A DNA stretch of 64,000 nucleotides, taken from a bacterium. Lineage in GTDB: Bacteria; UBA8248. The DNA is taken from contig CBDBZU010000004.1 in the NCBI GenBank assembly GCA_965213625.1, forward strand, positions 1,216,001 through 1,280,000, given 5' to 3'. The translations under genes were made by a program, and so were the position numbers. A model generated the notes under the pieces. It was not told where the DNA came from. It made no database searches and saw only the letters and a program-made list of their open reading frames with translations. This document shows, one piece after another, positions 8,733 through 18,344 of the stretch (position 1 is its first letter; every line of letters starts with the position of its first letter).

Positions 8733-10316
8733 CTAGTTCACCCGTCGCGCTCTGCCGGCCCAGTGTTTTTCGCGTATCTCGCGTCTTAGCACTTTCCCCT
8801 GCGCGTTCTTAGGAATTTCACTCAAAAATTCGACTTGTTTCGGCTTCTTGTAGCCCGCAATTTCTTTTTCCGTGAATGCGATGATGTCTGAAGGCTCGGG
8901 CGACTCTCCCGGACGCAGCACCACCATGGCCTTGACGGCCTCGCCCCACCGTGCGTCGGGCACGCCTATCACCAGCGCTTCCAGGACGGCGGGGTGGCGG
9001 CACAGGGCGCGCTCGACTTCCGAGGGATAGACGTTGAACCCGCCCGTGATGATCATCTCCTTCTTGCGGTCGACGATGTAGAGATACCCCGCCTCATCCG
9101 CCACCGCGAGGTCTCCGGTGTGCACCCAGCCGTTTCGCATGGTCTCAGCCGTGGCTTCGGGGTTTTTCCAGTAACTCGCCATGGCGTAGTCTCCCCGGAC
9201 GCAGATTTCTCCCATCTCGCCCGTGGCGACGGGGAGGTCCTCATCGTCCAGGAGTTCGAGTTCCACGCCCGCCGCAACCCTGCCGCACGAGGCGAGGCGC
9301 TTGCGCTCCCCGGGCGTTCCATCAACCACGTGATCCCACGGATCGAGAATCGCGATGGGCTGCCGCGCCTCGGTAAGCCCGTAGGTTTGCCGGAAGATGG
9401 GGCCGACGTGTTCGATGGCGAGCCTTAAGTTCTCCTCCGAGATTGGCGCGGCCCCATAGGTGATCGTGTGCAGGCTCGAGAGGTCTGCGTTCGTGAGCTT
9501 TCCGCATTCGATGAGACGTTGCACCATCGTGGATACGAGATAGGTGGTCGTGGTTCTCTCTTTTTCCGCCATTTCGAGAAACAACTCCGGCTCGAAAGCA
9601 GGCATGATGACGCTCCGCGCGCCTCTGAGGAATGTGGGTTCGATAAAGTTGAAAGAGGCGTGCGTCATGGGACCGGCGTGGAGCATGGAGTCGAGCGCGC
9701 CCATCCGGTAGTCGAGGTTTCTGAAAAACTTCGCCAGCCACGCGACGTGCGTGCGGTGTGTGTTGACGACCGCCTTGGGCTCCCCGGTCGTGCCCGAGGT
9801 GTAGTGAAGGTGAAACAGCGAATCCGGCCCGAGAACGACACCAGGCTCCGCTGAGGAACTTTTCTGCAGCCATTTCTCGTACGGGATAACGCCCGCGCTT
9901 TCCCACCCCACGGCGATGATGCCGCGCAGACCCGGACATTCGTCTCTGATGCCTTCGGCGTATTCCTTGTGGACCTCATCCAGAATGAGGAACACGGATT
10001 CCGAGTCGTTCAGCATGTGGACGTGTTCTTTGCGGACGTTGCGTCCGTGGAGGTTCAGCGAAGCCCCGCCCGCCATCGCGACGCCAAAGTTAATCTCGAT
10101 GATCTCGGCGCGGTTTCGCATCAGCTTGGCGACGCGATCGCCGGGTTCGAGGCCGAGTGCCAAGAGGGCGTTCGCGGCCCGCTTGCTGCGGTCGTAGACG
10201 TCAAAGAAGCTCAGGCGGCGATCCCCGTCTACAACCGCTTCACGAGGGCCGTATCGCTTCGTCGCCCAGGCGATGTTCGCGCCCGGGTGAATGGCTGAGG
10301 TATCGTCTTGATTCAT
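8733..10316 (-). CDS. acyl-CoA synthetase (AMP-forming)
   Basis: YTSGTTGEPK, YGLTE, GWVHTGD, DRKKEMIITGGFNVYPSEVE, PKNAQGK. Confidence 0.93.
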   Translation of the reverse strand: MNQDDTSAIHPGANIAWATKRYGPREAVVDGDRRLSFFDVYDRSKRAANALLALGLEPGDRVAKLMRNRAEIIEINFGVAMAGGASLNLHGRNVRKEHVHMLNDSESVFLILDEVHKEYAEGIRDECPGLRGIIAVGWESAGVIPYEKWLQKSSSAEPGVVLGPDSLFHLHYTSGTTGEPKAVVNTHRTHVAWLAKFFRNLDYRMGALDSMLHAGPMTHASFNFIEPTFLRGARSVIMPAFEPELFLEMAEKERTTTTYLVSTMVQRLIECGKLTNADLSSLHTITYGAAPISEENLRLAIEHVGPIFRQTYGLTEARQPIAILDPWDHVVDGTPGERKRLASCGRVAAGVELELLDDEDLPVATGEMGEICVRGDYAMASYWKNPEATAETMRNGWVHTGDLAVADEAGYLYIVDRKKEMIITGGFNVYPSEVERALCRHPAVLEALVIGVPDARWGEAVKAMVVLRPGESPEPSDIIAFTEKEIAGYKKPKQVEFLSEIPKNAQGKVLRREIREKHWAGRARRVN

Positions 10317-10350
10317 GGGCGAAAATTATAGAGTCGCCCGAGTTGAAATG

Positions 10351-11748
10351 CTACGCGCTCACCGGGTTTTTCGATGCGGCGAGCAGGGCGAGAACGGGCC
10401 GGAGGTCGGCGCAGTCCTCGAGCTCCGAGAGTTCCTCGTAAGCGTGCTCCACGGACTCGGGTTCGAGCTTGACTGCTGCTGCCTCGGCGCAGGAGAAGAA
10501 TTTCTCCATCCGCTCCTCTTCTGTCATGGTCCATTCCGGAGAACCCTTGATCTTGTCGTGCGTGACGTCGGCCTCTCTCCCGTCCTTGAGCTTGACGTGG
10601 ATGCGCACGGGCACGAGCAGCAGACTGCCTTCCTCCCAGATGTTGACCCTGGTTTTCTGCGCGAGTTCGATCACCTCGGCACCCGATACGATGAGGTCCG
10701 GATCGAAGTGCGCGATGCGCGGCAATCCCTTGAGCAAAGAGAACGCCGTCGTCCACTGCGCGCTGAACTGCGCGTCCACCTGGGGATTTTCCCTGATCTG
10801 GAAGGGCTGTCCGATCATTGAGTGGCCGATGGGCGTCGCCCATACCTCGACGCTTTCGACGTCTTTCGCACCGAAGGAACCGAGCCGCTCACGCGCCTCG
10901 AGAGCCACGCTGATGTGGGGATGGGACACCCGGCAACTCGGGTAGGGCTTCATGCCGATCCGGCTGACGTGGAAGGTTTCACCCAGTTCTCTCGTGAGCG
11001 CGTCCGGGTCGCCCTCTCCGCCGCCGAATAGTTCGATAAAGCCGTCCGCTCCCTCTACGATTCGCCTGGGGCCGGTGGCGCCTGTTTGCGCCAGGACGGC
11101 CGAATGCACGCCGGCCCGCGCGCTGAAGGCTGGCTGCAGTCGCTTGGCGACCGTGCCGTCGAGCAATGCCTGGCGGTTGCCGTGTGATTGCGCATAGCCG
11201 AAGCCCGCCGCGTTAGCGAGGCCTTCTTCGTCGAGTCCCAAAGCACGTGCGGCGGCCATGGAGGCCGAAACGGCGCCGAATACCGTGGTGGGCAGCCAGC
11301 CCGGATGAATGTTCTGATGAACGACGGCGTTCAGCCTCAATGTCACGTCCGCAGCCCCGGCGAGAGCGGCGATGACTTCACGGCCCGGCATCGCGCGCCC
11401 GAGGCTTTCGCCGGCGGCGAGGAGGGCGGGAAGAATCGTCACGAAGATGTGGTTCTGGGTGACGTCTTCGGTGTCGTCGAAATCGTTCGAGTGAATCATG
11501 GCGGCGTTCAGCCAGGCCGCTGTCGGCGCAGGTATTTTGCCTCCGAAAACGAGCACCGTGGCTTCAGGCGCGCCGCCCCAGCGTATATGACGCTCAATGA
11601 TTTCGGGGTTCAGAGGTGCAGCCGAGCCGGCCAGAGAGCAGGCGAGCGCATCGACGATGAGGTTTCTGGCGGCGCATACGGCCTCTTCGGGCAGATCCTC
11701 GAAGCGGAGGTTCGCGTAATGCGCGATGATTTTCTGCATGGGGTCCAT
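10351..11748 (-). CDS. MmgE/PrpD family protein
   Basis: AAWLNAAMIHSNDFDD, MKPYPSCR, AQFS, KGSPE motifs. Confidence 0.92.
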   Translation of the reverse strand: MDPMQKIIAHYANLRFEDLPEEAVCAARNLIVDALACSLAGSAAPLNPEIIERHIRWGGAPEATVLVFGGKIPAPTAAWLNAAMIHSNDFDDTEDVTQNHIFVTILPALLAAGESLGRAMPGREVIAALAGAADVTLRLNAVVHQNIHPGWLPTTVFGAVSASMAAARALGLDEEGLANAAGFGYAQSHGNRQALLDGTVAKRLQPAFSARAGVHSAVLAQTGATGPRRIVEGADGFIELFGGGEGDPDALTRELGETFHVSRIGMKPYPSCRVSHPHISVALEARERLGSFGAKDVESVEVWATPIGHSMIGQPFQIRENPQVDAQFSAQWTTAFSLLKGLPRIAHFDPDLIVSGAEVIELAQKTRVNIWEEGSLLLVPVRIHVKLKDGREADVTHDKIKGSPEWTMTEEERMEKFFSCAEAAAVKLEPESVEHAYEELSELEDCADLRPVLALLAASKNPVSA

Positions 11749-11793
11749 CTTCGTCTCCGTTTCCCTTGCGCCCTGGGGGCGAGAGTTGCGTCC

Positions 11794-12147
11794 TTACTCG
11801 CGGCCCGGCTGGAAGATGGCCACCAGCCTCACGTCTTCCTCGCTCACGCAGTTGTTGCAGTGGCGCGTGCCCTTTGGCATGAAGATGAATTGCCCGGGGC
11901 CGTAGTTGATCTCGCCGTCATCGAGGTCGTATCTTCCCCTGCCGCTCACGCAGAATATGACCTCATCCTCTTCGTGATGATGCCAGTCGTGCGTCTGTCC
12001 CGGCTGAATGAGCGAGTAATAGACGGTGAGGTCGGTGCCCTCGCCCTGTTTCGATATGATGGCCTTGTGGCTCGCGCCGCCCGCCATGCCTTCTGATTCA
12101 CGCTCATCGGGACGGATGAGCCGGGCTTTTCTTTCTCTCGTCGTCAT
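11794..12147 (-). CDS. cupin domain protein
   Basis: HDWHHHEEDEVIFCVSGRG..FMPKGTRH. Confidence 0.85.
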   Translation of the reverse strand: MTTRERKARLIRPDERESEGMAGGASHKAIISKQGEGTDLTVYYSLIQPGQTHDWHHHEEDEVIFCVSGRGRYDLDDGEINYGPGQFIFMPKGTRHCNNCVSEEDVRLVAIFQPGRE

Positions 12148-12400
12148 GTGAGTTTCTCCTCGGGAGCTACGGTGTTTGCTTTCTCGAGGCGTGCGCTTCA
12201 CGTGCCCCTCGAGTCGGGATGATTGTTCGCCGATAAGTGAAGAATAATCCGCTAGACGGAAAAGTCAAAGCGCAACGGGCGGATCGTGCTTACCACTGCC
12301 CGGAGGCGTGGACACATCTCTTGAAGGCGGTGCGCGGCGGGTGCTACTCTTACAAACGACCAGCCTTCCGGGGTCTGGCCGGCCGCCGGGTTTCACGTCG

Positions 12401-12862
12401 ATGCCGAGGGTGATTTCAATGATAGTGTGTTTCGGGCGAATCTGTGTTGTTTTGTTCCTGGCGATGGCGCTTCTGGGGTCTGGAAGCGCATTCGCGGTGA
12501 CTGTAGATGCGGATGGCCCCGTCGAGAAGAGGCCCGAGGGTTTCGATACGCCCGAACTCAGCCGCTCTCGTTTTCTCGGATGGATCCGTCGGGACCTCAG
12601 CAGGCGCATCCCCGGAGAGGAGACCCTGATCAAGCAATATCTCGATGAGTGGGAATTCCAGTTCGAAACGCTCACCATCAACAACCGGATATTCGCGATC
12701 AACATCGACGTGGACAACAAGTATCCATACGACATCACGCTGCTCGATGAGGATTGCGATGGAATCTACGAGACCAAGGTGGAGGAAAAACCGGGTCAGC
12801 AACGTGTGGACATGGCGATTCCCGAATGCGTGTTCCGGGTTTCGTCGGAATCTGCACGCTGA
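12401..12862 (+). CDS. hypothetical exported protein
   Basis: Signal-peptide-like N-terminus ending GSAFA; DEDCDG motif; start uncertain. Confidence 0.55.
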   Translation: MPRVISMIVCFGRICVVLFLAMALLGSGSAFAVTVDADGPVEKRPEGFDTPELSRSRFLGWIRRDLSRRIPGEETLIKQYLDEWEFQFETLTINNRIFAINIDVDNKYPYDITLLDEDCDGIYETKVEEKPGQQRVDMAIPECVFRVSSESAR

Positions 12863-12914
12863 GGGAAGTCCGCTGGTTTCATGAGCGCGGGCGAAATGAT
12901 CAGGAATCGAAGTC

Positions 12915-13700
12915 ATGCGGCTTAAAATGGTGTTTTCCAGTTTTCTTGTCGTTTTCATCGCTCATGCGTACTCGGTGAAGGCGGAGTCGGCCTTCTCGGG
13001 GCTTCGCAGGGTCGAGGTCAAAGACATCCTCGTCGATCAGAGGAACGACCAGCCCGTCCTGCTGCTGCAGGAGAAAAAAGGGGGCAAGCTGCTGCCCATC
13101 TGGATCGGCCCGGCGGAGGCGCGGGCGATTTACATGGAGCTCGAAGGAGCAAAGCCGCACCGGCCGATGACGCACGACTTGATGCGCAGCTTGCTGAATA
13201 CTCTTAAGGCGGAAGTTCTCCGAGTAGTCATTACGGAGATTAAAGGGGGTACCTATTTCGCTTTCATCGATATGAAGGCCGGGGGTCGGCGTTTTTCTGT
13301 CGACAGCCGTCCCTCGGACGCCGTCGCGCTGGCGTTGCGGATGAAATCTCAGATATACGTGAAGCCCGTCGTGATGGAGCACGGCTTCCGTTTGAGGCGC
13401 GAATATATGCACCCCGATAAGCTGGGGCTCGTTCTCCAGAAGCTCACGCCGGCGTTGGCGCGCTTCTTCGGGGGCGGAGAGGCGAGCGGGCTCTTGGTCT
13501 CCTCGGTTCAGGAAGATGCTCCGGCGGCGCGCGCGGGACTCAGGCGTGGAGACATCATATTCGAGGCGGGAGGAAAGAAGATTGAGACGGTGGATTTCTT
13601 CGAGAAAGTTTTTCTGGAGAATCCACTTGAGATAGAGGTTTCCATACGAAGGGGACCGGCCGGGAAAAAATGGCGCCTGAAGCTGGGGCAGGGGAAATAA
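12915..13700 (+). CDS. bifunctional nuclease (DUF151) family protein with C-terminal PDZ domain
   Basis: LPIWIGPAEARAI, RPMTHDL, DSRPSDAVALALR; then SSVQEDAPAARAGLRRGDII (PDZ). Confidence 0.85.
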   Translation: MRLKMVFSSFLVVFIAHAYSVKAESAFSGLRRVEVKDILVDQRNDQPVLLLQEKKGGKLLPIWIGPAEARAIYMELEGAKPHRPMTHDLMRSLLNTLKAEVLRVVITEIKGGTYFAFIDMKAGGRRFSVDSRPSDAVALALRMKSQIYVKPVVMEHGFRLRREYMHPDKLGLVLQKLTPALARFFGGGEASGLLVSSVQEDAPAARAGLRRGDIIFEAGGKKIETVDFFEKVFLENPLEIEVSIRRGPAGKKWRLKLGQGK

Positions 13701-13704
13701 GACG

Positions 13705-14286
13705 ATGGCTGAATACTCACCGGGTGCGGAAGACGGCCTCATCGTCGTCGATTTGCAAGTGGATTTTTGTCCGGGAGGTGCGCTCGCTGTTGCCGGGGGA
13801 GATGAAATCGTCTCGCCGGTGAACGGACTTTTACAGATACCGGGCTGGATGAAGGTGGCGACACGAGACTGGCATCCCGCCGATCATACCTCGTTTCAGG
13901 CGCAGGGCGGAATCTGGCCCGTTCACTGCGTGGCCGATACGCCGGGCGCCGCTTTTCATCCTCTCTTGAACGCCGGGAATGTGGAGATAGTGGTATCTAA
14001 GGCCACGACCAAGGACGCCGAAGCCTATTCGGGGTTTGACGGCACATCACTGGCTGATGATTTGAGAGCCGCAAGCATAAGGCGTCTTTTCGTTTGCGGT
14101 CTGGCGACGGATTATTGCGTGAAGGCTACGGCGATCGACGCCAGAGGGGAGGGGTTCGAGGTCGTTGTTATAGAAGACGCTATCCGCGCGGTAAACGTCG
14201 AGCCCAAAGACGGTATAAACGCCATTGAGGAGATGCGTGCGGCGAACTGCGCCTTCGCTCTCGCCTCAGAGGTTCGTTCGGCTTAA
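13705..14286 (+). CDS. pncA: nicotinamidase/pyrazinamidase
   Basis: VDLQVDFCPGGALAV, TRDWHP, WPVHCV, GLATDYCVKAT. Confidence 0.92.
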   Translation: MAEYSPGAEDGLIVVDLQVDFCPGGALAVAGGDEIVSPVNGLLQIPGWMKVATRDWHPADHTSFQAQGGIWPVHCVADTPGAAFHPLLNAGNVEIVVSKATTKDAEAYSGFDGTSLADDLRAASIRRLFVCGLATDYCVKATAIDARGEGFEVVVIEDAIRAVNVEPKDGINAIEEMRAANCAFALASEVRSA

Positions 14287-14306
14287 AACTATTCAAGGAG
14301 GTCGTC

Positions 14307-15263
14307 GTGGCTTTGGTGCGTGTGCAGGTTCCTGCGAGTACGACGAATCTCGGTCCGGGGTTCGACGCTTTGGGCGTCGCGCTCAGGATATATAACCGCA
14401 TTGAACTCGACAGCCTCCCCTGGGGCGTAGCCCTCGAGGTGGAAGGAGAGGGCCGCGACGTTATCCCCAAGGATGAATCGAACGTCTGTGTGCAGGCCGT
14501 CAAGCGCGTTTTCGATCGGGTGGGTCGGCCCTTCAGCGGATTGTGGATGAAACAGCGCAACCACATACCGCTGGCGCGCGGGCTAGGGAGCAGTTCGGCC
14601 GCCATCGTGGGCGGAATCGTGGGGGCGAACATTTTGCTCGGTAGCCCGTTGAACATGGACGAACTCGTACAAATCGCCGTGGAGATGGAAGGACACCCCG
14701 ACAACGTCGTGCCGGCGCTCATAGGGGGTTTTTGCATCTCGGCGACTACCACGGAAGGCAAAACCATTTATACGCGTATGCCAGTGGTGGAGGATTACCG
14801 CTGGGTAATCGTGATCCCCGATTTCGAGGTGAGCACGCATGCGGCGAGACAGAAATTGCCCGGGGAGGTTTCGCTGGCCGATGCGATCTTCAACGTCCAG
14901 AGGGTGGGGGCGCTCATGGCGGCGTTCGCCACCGGGCGTGACGAGTTGTTTCGCGACGCTATGCAGGACCGGCTGCACCAGCCTTACCGCGCGGAATTGA
15001 TGGGTCCTCTGGATGAGGTCTTTGAATCCGCCTACGAAGCCGGTGCGCTGGGCGCATGTATCAGCGGTGCGGGGCCCTGCATCCTGGCTATTTGCCGTAA
15101 AAGCCCGGGCAGGGTGGGCAACGCGATGCGCGAGGTGTATCAATCGCACGGTATCGGATGCCGGATGCACGTGCTCAGAATCGATCCGCGCGGCGCGCAT
15201 GCAGTCGATTCAAACTCTGTTTTCGGGCCGGGGGCCTTACCGCTCGCTCAAGCCTCAAGATGA
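14307..15263 (+). CDS. thrB: homoserine kinase
   Basis: PASTTNLGPGFD, IPLARGLGSSSAA, EGHPDNV, DRLHQPYR, ISGAGP. Confidence 0.95.
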   Translation: MALVRVQVPASTTNLGPGFDALGVALRIYNRIELDSLPWGVALEVEGEGRDVIPKDESNVCVQAVKRVFDRVGRPFSGLWMKQRNHIPLARGLGSSSAAIVGGIVGANILLGSPLNMDELVQIAVEMEGHPDNVVPALIGGFCISATTTEGKTIYTRMPVVEDYRWVIVIPDFEVSTHAARQKLPGEVSLADAIFNVQRVGALMAAFATGRDELFRDAMQDRLHQPYRAELMGPLDEVFESAYEAGALGACISGAGPCILAICRKSPGRVGNAMREVYQSHGIGCRMHVLRIDPRGAHAVDSNSVFGPGALPLAQASR

Positions 15264-15875
15264 AGCGGGGCGAGAATCTTTCGACCTCCACTTACGCCAC
15301 AGGTATTTCCCGCTCCACAAGAGGGCCACTGCTCCCAGGACGAGAATGAAGACGGCCTTGCCCGTTCCCACCATCCTGCGAAAATCGTCGATGTGATCCC
15401 CGAAATACCAAGCCGCTGCGAGTAGCAGCGGCACGCTCAGGAGCGCCGCGGCCAGGTCCATGCTGAAGAATATGCGAAGCGGAAGTCGCGTGATCCCCGC
15501 CGCGAGAAACAGCGGTGCGCGCAGACCCGCGACGAAGCGGCCGAAGAAGATGGCCTTTCTCCCGTGGCGATCGAAAAAGCGGTGGACTTTCTCCATGCGC
15601 TCAGGCGTCATGACGCGGCGGAGCATGCGGTGATCGAGCGCCTTTGGTCCCATCCAGTAGCCGAAGCCGTAGATCATCAGGTCGCCGAGCATGATGCCCA
15701 GCATGTTCACGGCGAGTGCAGGCCAGAAACTCATGGTGCCCAGGTGCACGAGATAGCCTGAGGTGATAATGGGAATGTCTTCAGGAACGGGCAGCCCCAG
15801 GCCGCAGAGCAACAGGACGAGAAACACCCCGCCATAGGCGAATTCCACCAGATACTCCTGGAGAAACCCGTACAT
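15255..15875 (-). CDS. DedA family membrane protein
   Basis: GLGLPVPEDIPI, GDLMIY, FFGRFVAGLR. Confidence 0.92.
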   Translation of the reverse strand: MYGFLQEYLVEFAYGGVFLVLLLCGLGLPVPEDIPIITSGYLVHLGTMSFWPALAVNMLGIMLGDLMIYGFGYWMGPKALDHRMLRRVMTPERMEKVHRFFDRHGRKAIFFGRFVAGLRAPLFLAAGITRLPLRIFFSMDLAAALLSVPLLLAAAWYFGDHIDDFRRMVGTGKAVFILVLGAVALLWSGKYLWRKWRSKDSRPASS

Positions 15876-15964
15876 CTCGATACTCCGGCTTAACGGCAGG
15901 GCTTTTGCTTTAAGAGCCGCCTGCGTCGTTTTCAAAGTGGGCGGAATGTCCGCTCAACGAATAC

Positions 15965-16399
15965 TTATTTGGGGCCGACGCACTCCAGCATGTTTCCGTC
16001 GGGGTCCTGGAAGAAGATGATGAACCGGCCCGGTACGACCTCGGTGATTTCGCCCATCATTTTCACGCCCGCCGCCGCCAGGGCGTCGTGCGCTTCCTGG
16101 ACGCTCTCGACGGTGAACGTCAGGTAGCGGTATCCGGTAGAGGCGTCCACGATGCCTCCGCCCGAGGGAGGATTCGAATCCGCCTGGACGACCTTGAGCT
16201 GCACCTCGCCTGCTTGGAACGCCTTGAACTCGAACCGTCCCGATGCGCAACCAGCCCGGGAAGCTTTATCCGCCGTAATCTCGACTTCACGTACGATCGG
16301 AAGGCCCAATATGCCGCCGTAAAATTTTTCGGCAACGTCGAGGTCTTTCACCACGATACCGATGTCGATGGATTCTTTCGCCATTTTAATCAGAGACAT
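15965..16399 (-). CDS. VOC/glyoxalase family protein
   Basis: IDIGIVVKDLDVAEKFYGGILGL..FFQDPDGNMLE; start 16399 or 16384. Confidence 0.88.
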   Translation of the reverse strand: MSLIKMAKESIDIGIVVKDLDVAEKFYGGILGLPIVREVEITADKASRAGCASGRFEFKAFQAGEVQLKVVQADSNPPSGGGIVDASTGYRYLTFTVESVQEAHDALAAAGVKMMGEITEVVPGRFIIFFQDPDGNMLECVGPK

Positions 16400-16679
16400 T
16401 TTATGCTCCTGTCGATTTGAGGGACATTCTTGTGATTTCCGCGATTGATCTGTAAAGGGTTTCGAAACGGAGGGAGAATACCATTCTCCCCGTACGGGGG
16501 AAACTCCCCGAAGAATGAGTTTCAAACGTTCGGCTTCCGAGATACTCACCCTGTTCGAATCTTGCTAGAATCGGCGGACATCACGCTTCAAGAACGGAAT
16601 CACTTTTCAGCTTCGAAAGGTGCATGAGCGGTTTTTGCCCGATGCGATATGCAGGGGCGTCTATCATGGAGGGAGTCGA

Positions 16680-17465
16680 ATGCGTCTGGAAGGAAAAACA
16701 GCGGTCGTCACTGGAGGCGGCGGCGGAATCGGCCGGGGAATCATCCGTGCTTTCGCCCGCGAGGGAGCTCGAATTTGTGTGGTCGACGTCAATGAGGAAG
16801 TGACTCAGCAGGGGCTCAATGACGCGGGCGAAGGGGAACATTTCGCACTGGCGGCGGACGTGACGAGCGAAGCGGACGCCGAAAACGTCATAAGTACTGC
16901 CATCGAGCGCATGGGGCATATCGACATACTCGTGAATTGCCACGGCAGGGCGTCGGCGCTCATGGGAAACCCGATTGATAACATCACGCTCGAGGAGTGG
17001 AACGCCGTTTTCAATGTGAACGCAACTGGCGTGTTCCTGATGTGCCGGGCCATCGCCGCCCATATGCGCGAGCGGAAGTACGGGAAAATCATCAATCTGG
17101 CTTCTCTCGCCGCAAGGCGCGCAAACGAGAACGTGCCGCACTATTGTGCATCCAAGGCGGCATGCATGAACTTCACCATGAGCCTCGCCAAGGAGATGGC
17201 TTCCTACAACGTGAACGTGAATGCCATCAATCCGGGCCTGTTGTGGACGAACCTTTGGGAGAAAGGCCACGGCGTCATCATCGGGGCGGAGACAGACAGA
17301 CCCCCCCGGCGGGTGTTCGATGAGTTCGTCGAAGCAGCAGTTCCTCTGGGCCGCGAGCAGACGCCGGACGATGTGGGTCATATGGCGGTCTATCTAGCGA
17401 GCGATGAGAGTCAAAACGTCACAGGACAGGGTTTGCTCCTAGCGGGTGGCGCCTGGATGGTCTAG
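16680..17465 (+). CDS. SDR family oxidoreductase (tandem copy 1)
   Basis: TGGGGGIG, YCASK, NAINPG; 261 aa. Confidence 0.93.
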   Translation: MRLEGKTAVVTGGGGGIGRGIIRAFAREGARICVVDVNEEVTQQGLNDAGEGEHFALAADVTSEADAENVISTAIERMGHIDILVNCHGRASALMGNPIDNITLEEWNAVFNVNATGVFLMCRAIAAHMRERKYGKIINLASLAARRANENVPHYCASKAACMNFTMSLAKEMASYNVNVNAINPGLLWTNLWEKGHGVIIGAETDRPPRRVFDEFVEAAVPLGREQTPDDVGHMAVYLASDESQNVTGQGLLLAGGAWMV

Positions 17466-17547
17466 TGGATATCTTTTCACCTCGAGTCATGCCCGGATTA
17501 TTTTTATCCGGGGCAATGAGCCGCGGCTTTATGTAAGGGAATTGCGA

Positions 17548-18333
17548 ATGCGTCTGGAAGGGAAAAAGGCGGTTGTAACGGGCGGCGGCGGTGGAATCGG
17601 CCGGGCCATCGTCCGCGCTTTTTGCCGGGAGGGGGCCCAAATTTGCGTTGTCGACTTGAGCGACGAGGCAACCCGAAGAGGACTCGACGACGCGGGCGAG
17701 GGGGCGCATTTCGCCCTAGCGGCGGACGTGGCGAGAGAGGCTGAGGCCGAGAACATTGTGCGGACGGCCATTGATCGGATGGGCCATATCGACATTCTGG
17801 TGAACTGCCACGGCAGGGGAGCCGCGCTCGTGGCAAACCCTATCGACCGGATAACGCTCGAGGAGTGGAACGCTGTTTTTGAGGTCAACGCGACGGGCGT
17901 GTTCCTGATGTGCCGGGCGTTAGCTCCGCACATGCGTGAGCGCAGATACGGTAAGATCATCAACCTGGCCTCGCTCGCCGCAAGGCGCGCGAACGCGAAC
18001 ATTCCGCATTATTCAGCGTCCAAGGCGGCGTGCATGAACTTCACCATGAGCCTCGCCAGGGAGATGGCTCCCTACAACGTGAACGTGAACGCGATCAACC
18101 CGGGCCTTTTGTGGACGAACATCTGGGAAAAGGACCTCGGCGTCATCATCGGCGCGGCGACGGGCAGGCCCGCGAGGCAGGTATTCGACGAATACGTCGC
18201 GGCGACGGTTCCGCTGGGACGTGAGCAGACGACGGACGACGTGGGTCACATGGCGGTCTATCTCGCGAGCGATGAGAGTCGAAACGTCACGGGACAGGGT
18301 ATGGTCCTCGACGGCGGAGCCTGGATGGTATAG
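17548..18333 (+). CDS. SDR family oxidoreductase (tandem copy 2)
   Basis: TGGGGGIG, YSASK; same length and colinear with copy 1. Confidence 0.93.
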   Translation: MRLEGKKAVVTGGGGGIGRAIVRAFCREGAQICVVDLSDEATRRGLDDAGEGAHFALAADVAREAEAENIVRTAIDRMGHIDILVNCHGRGAALVANPIDRITLEEWNAVFEVNATGVFLMCRALAPHMRERRYGKIINLASLAARRANANIPHYSASKAACMNFTMSLAREMAPYNVNVNAINPGLLWTNIWEKDLGVIIGAATGRPARQVFDEYVAATVPLGREQTTDDVGHMAVYLASDESRNVTGQGMVLDGGAWMV

Positions 18334-18344
18334 CGGAGGGTAAA

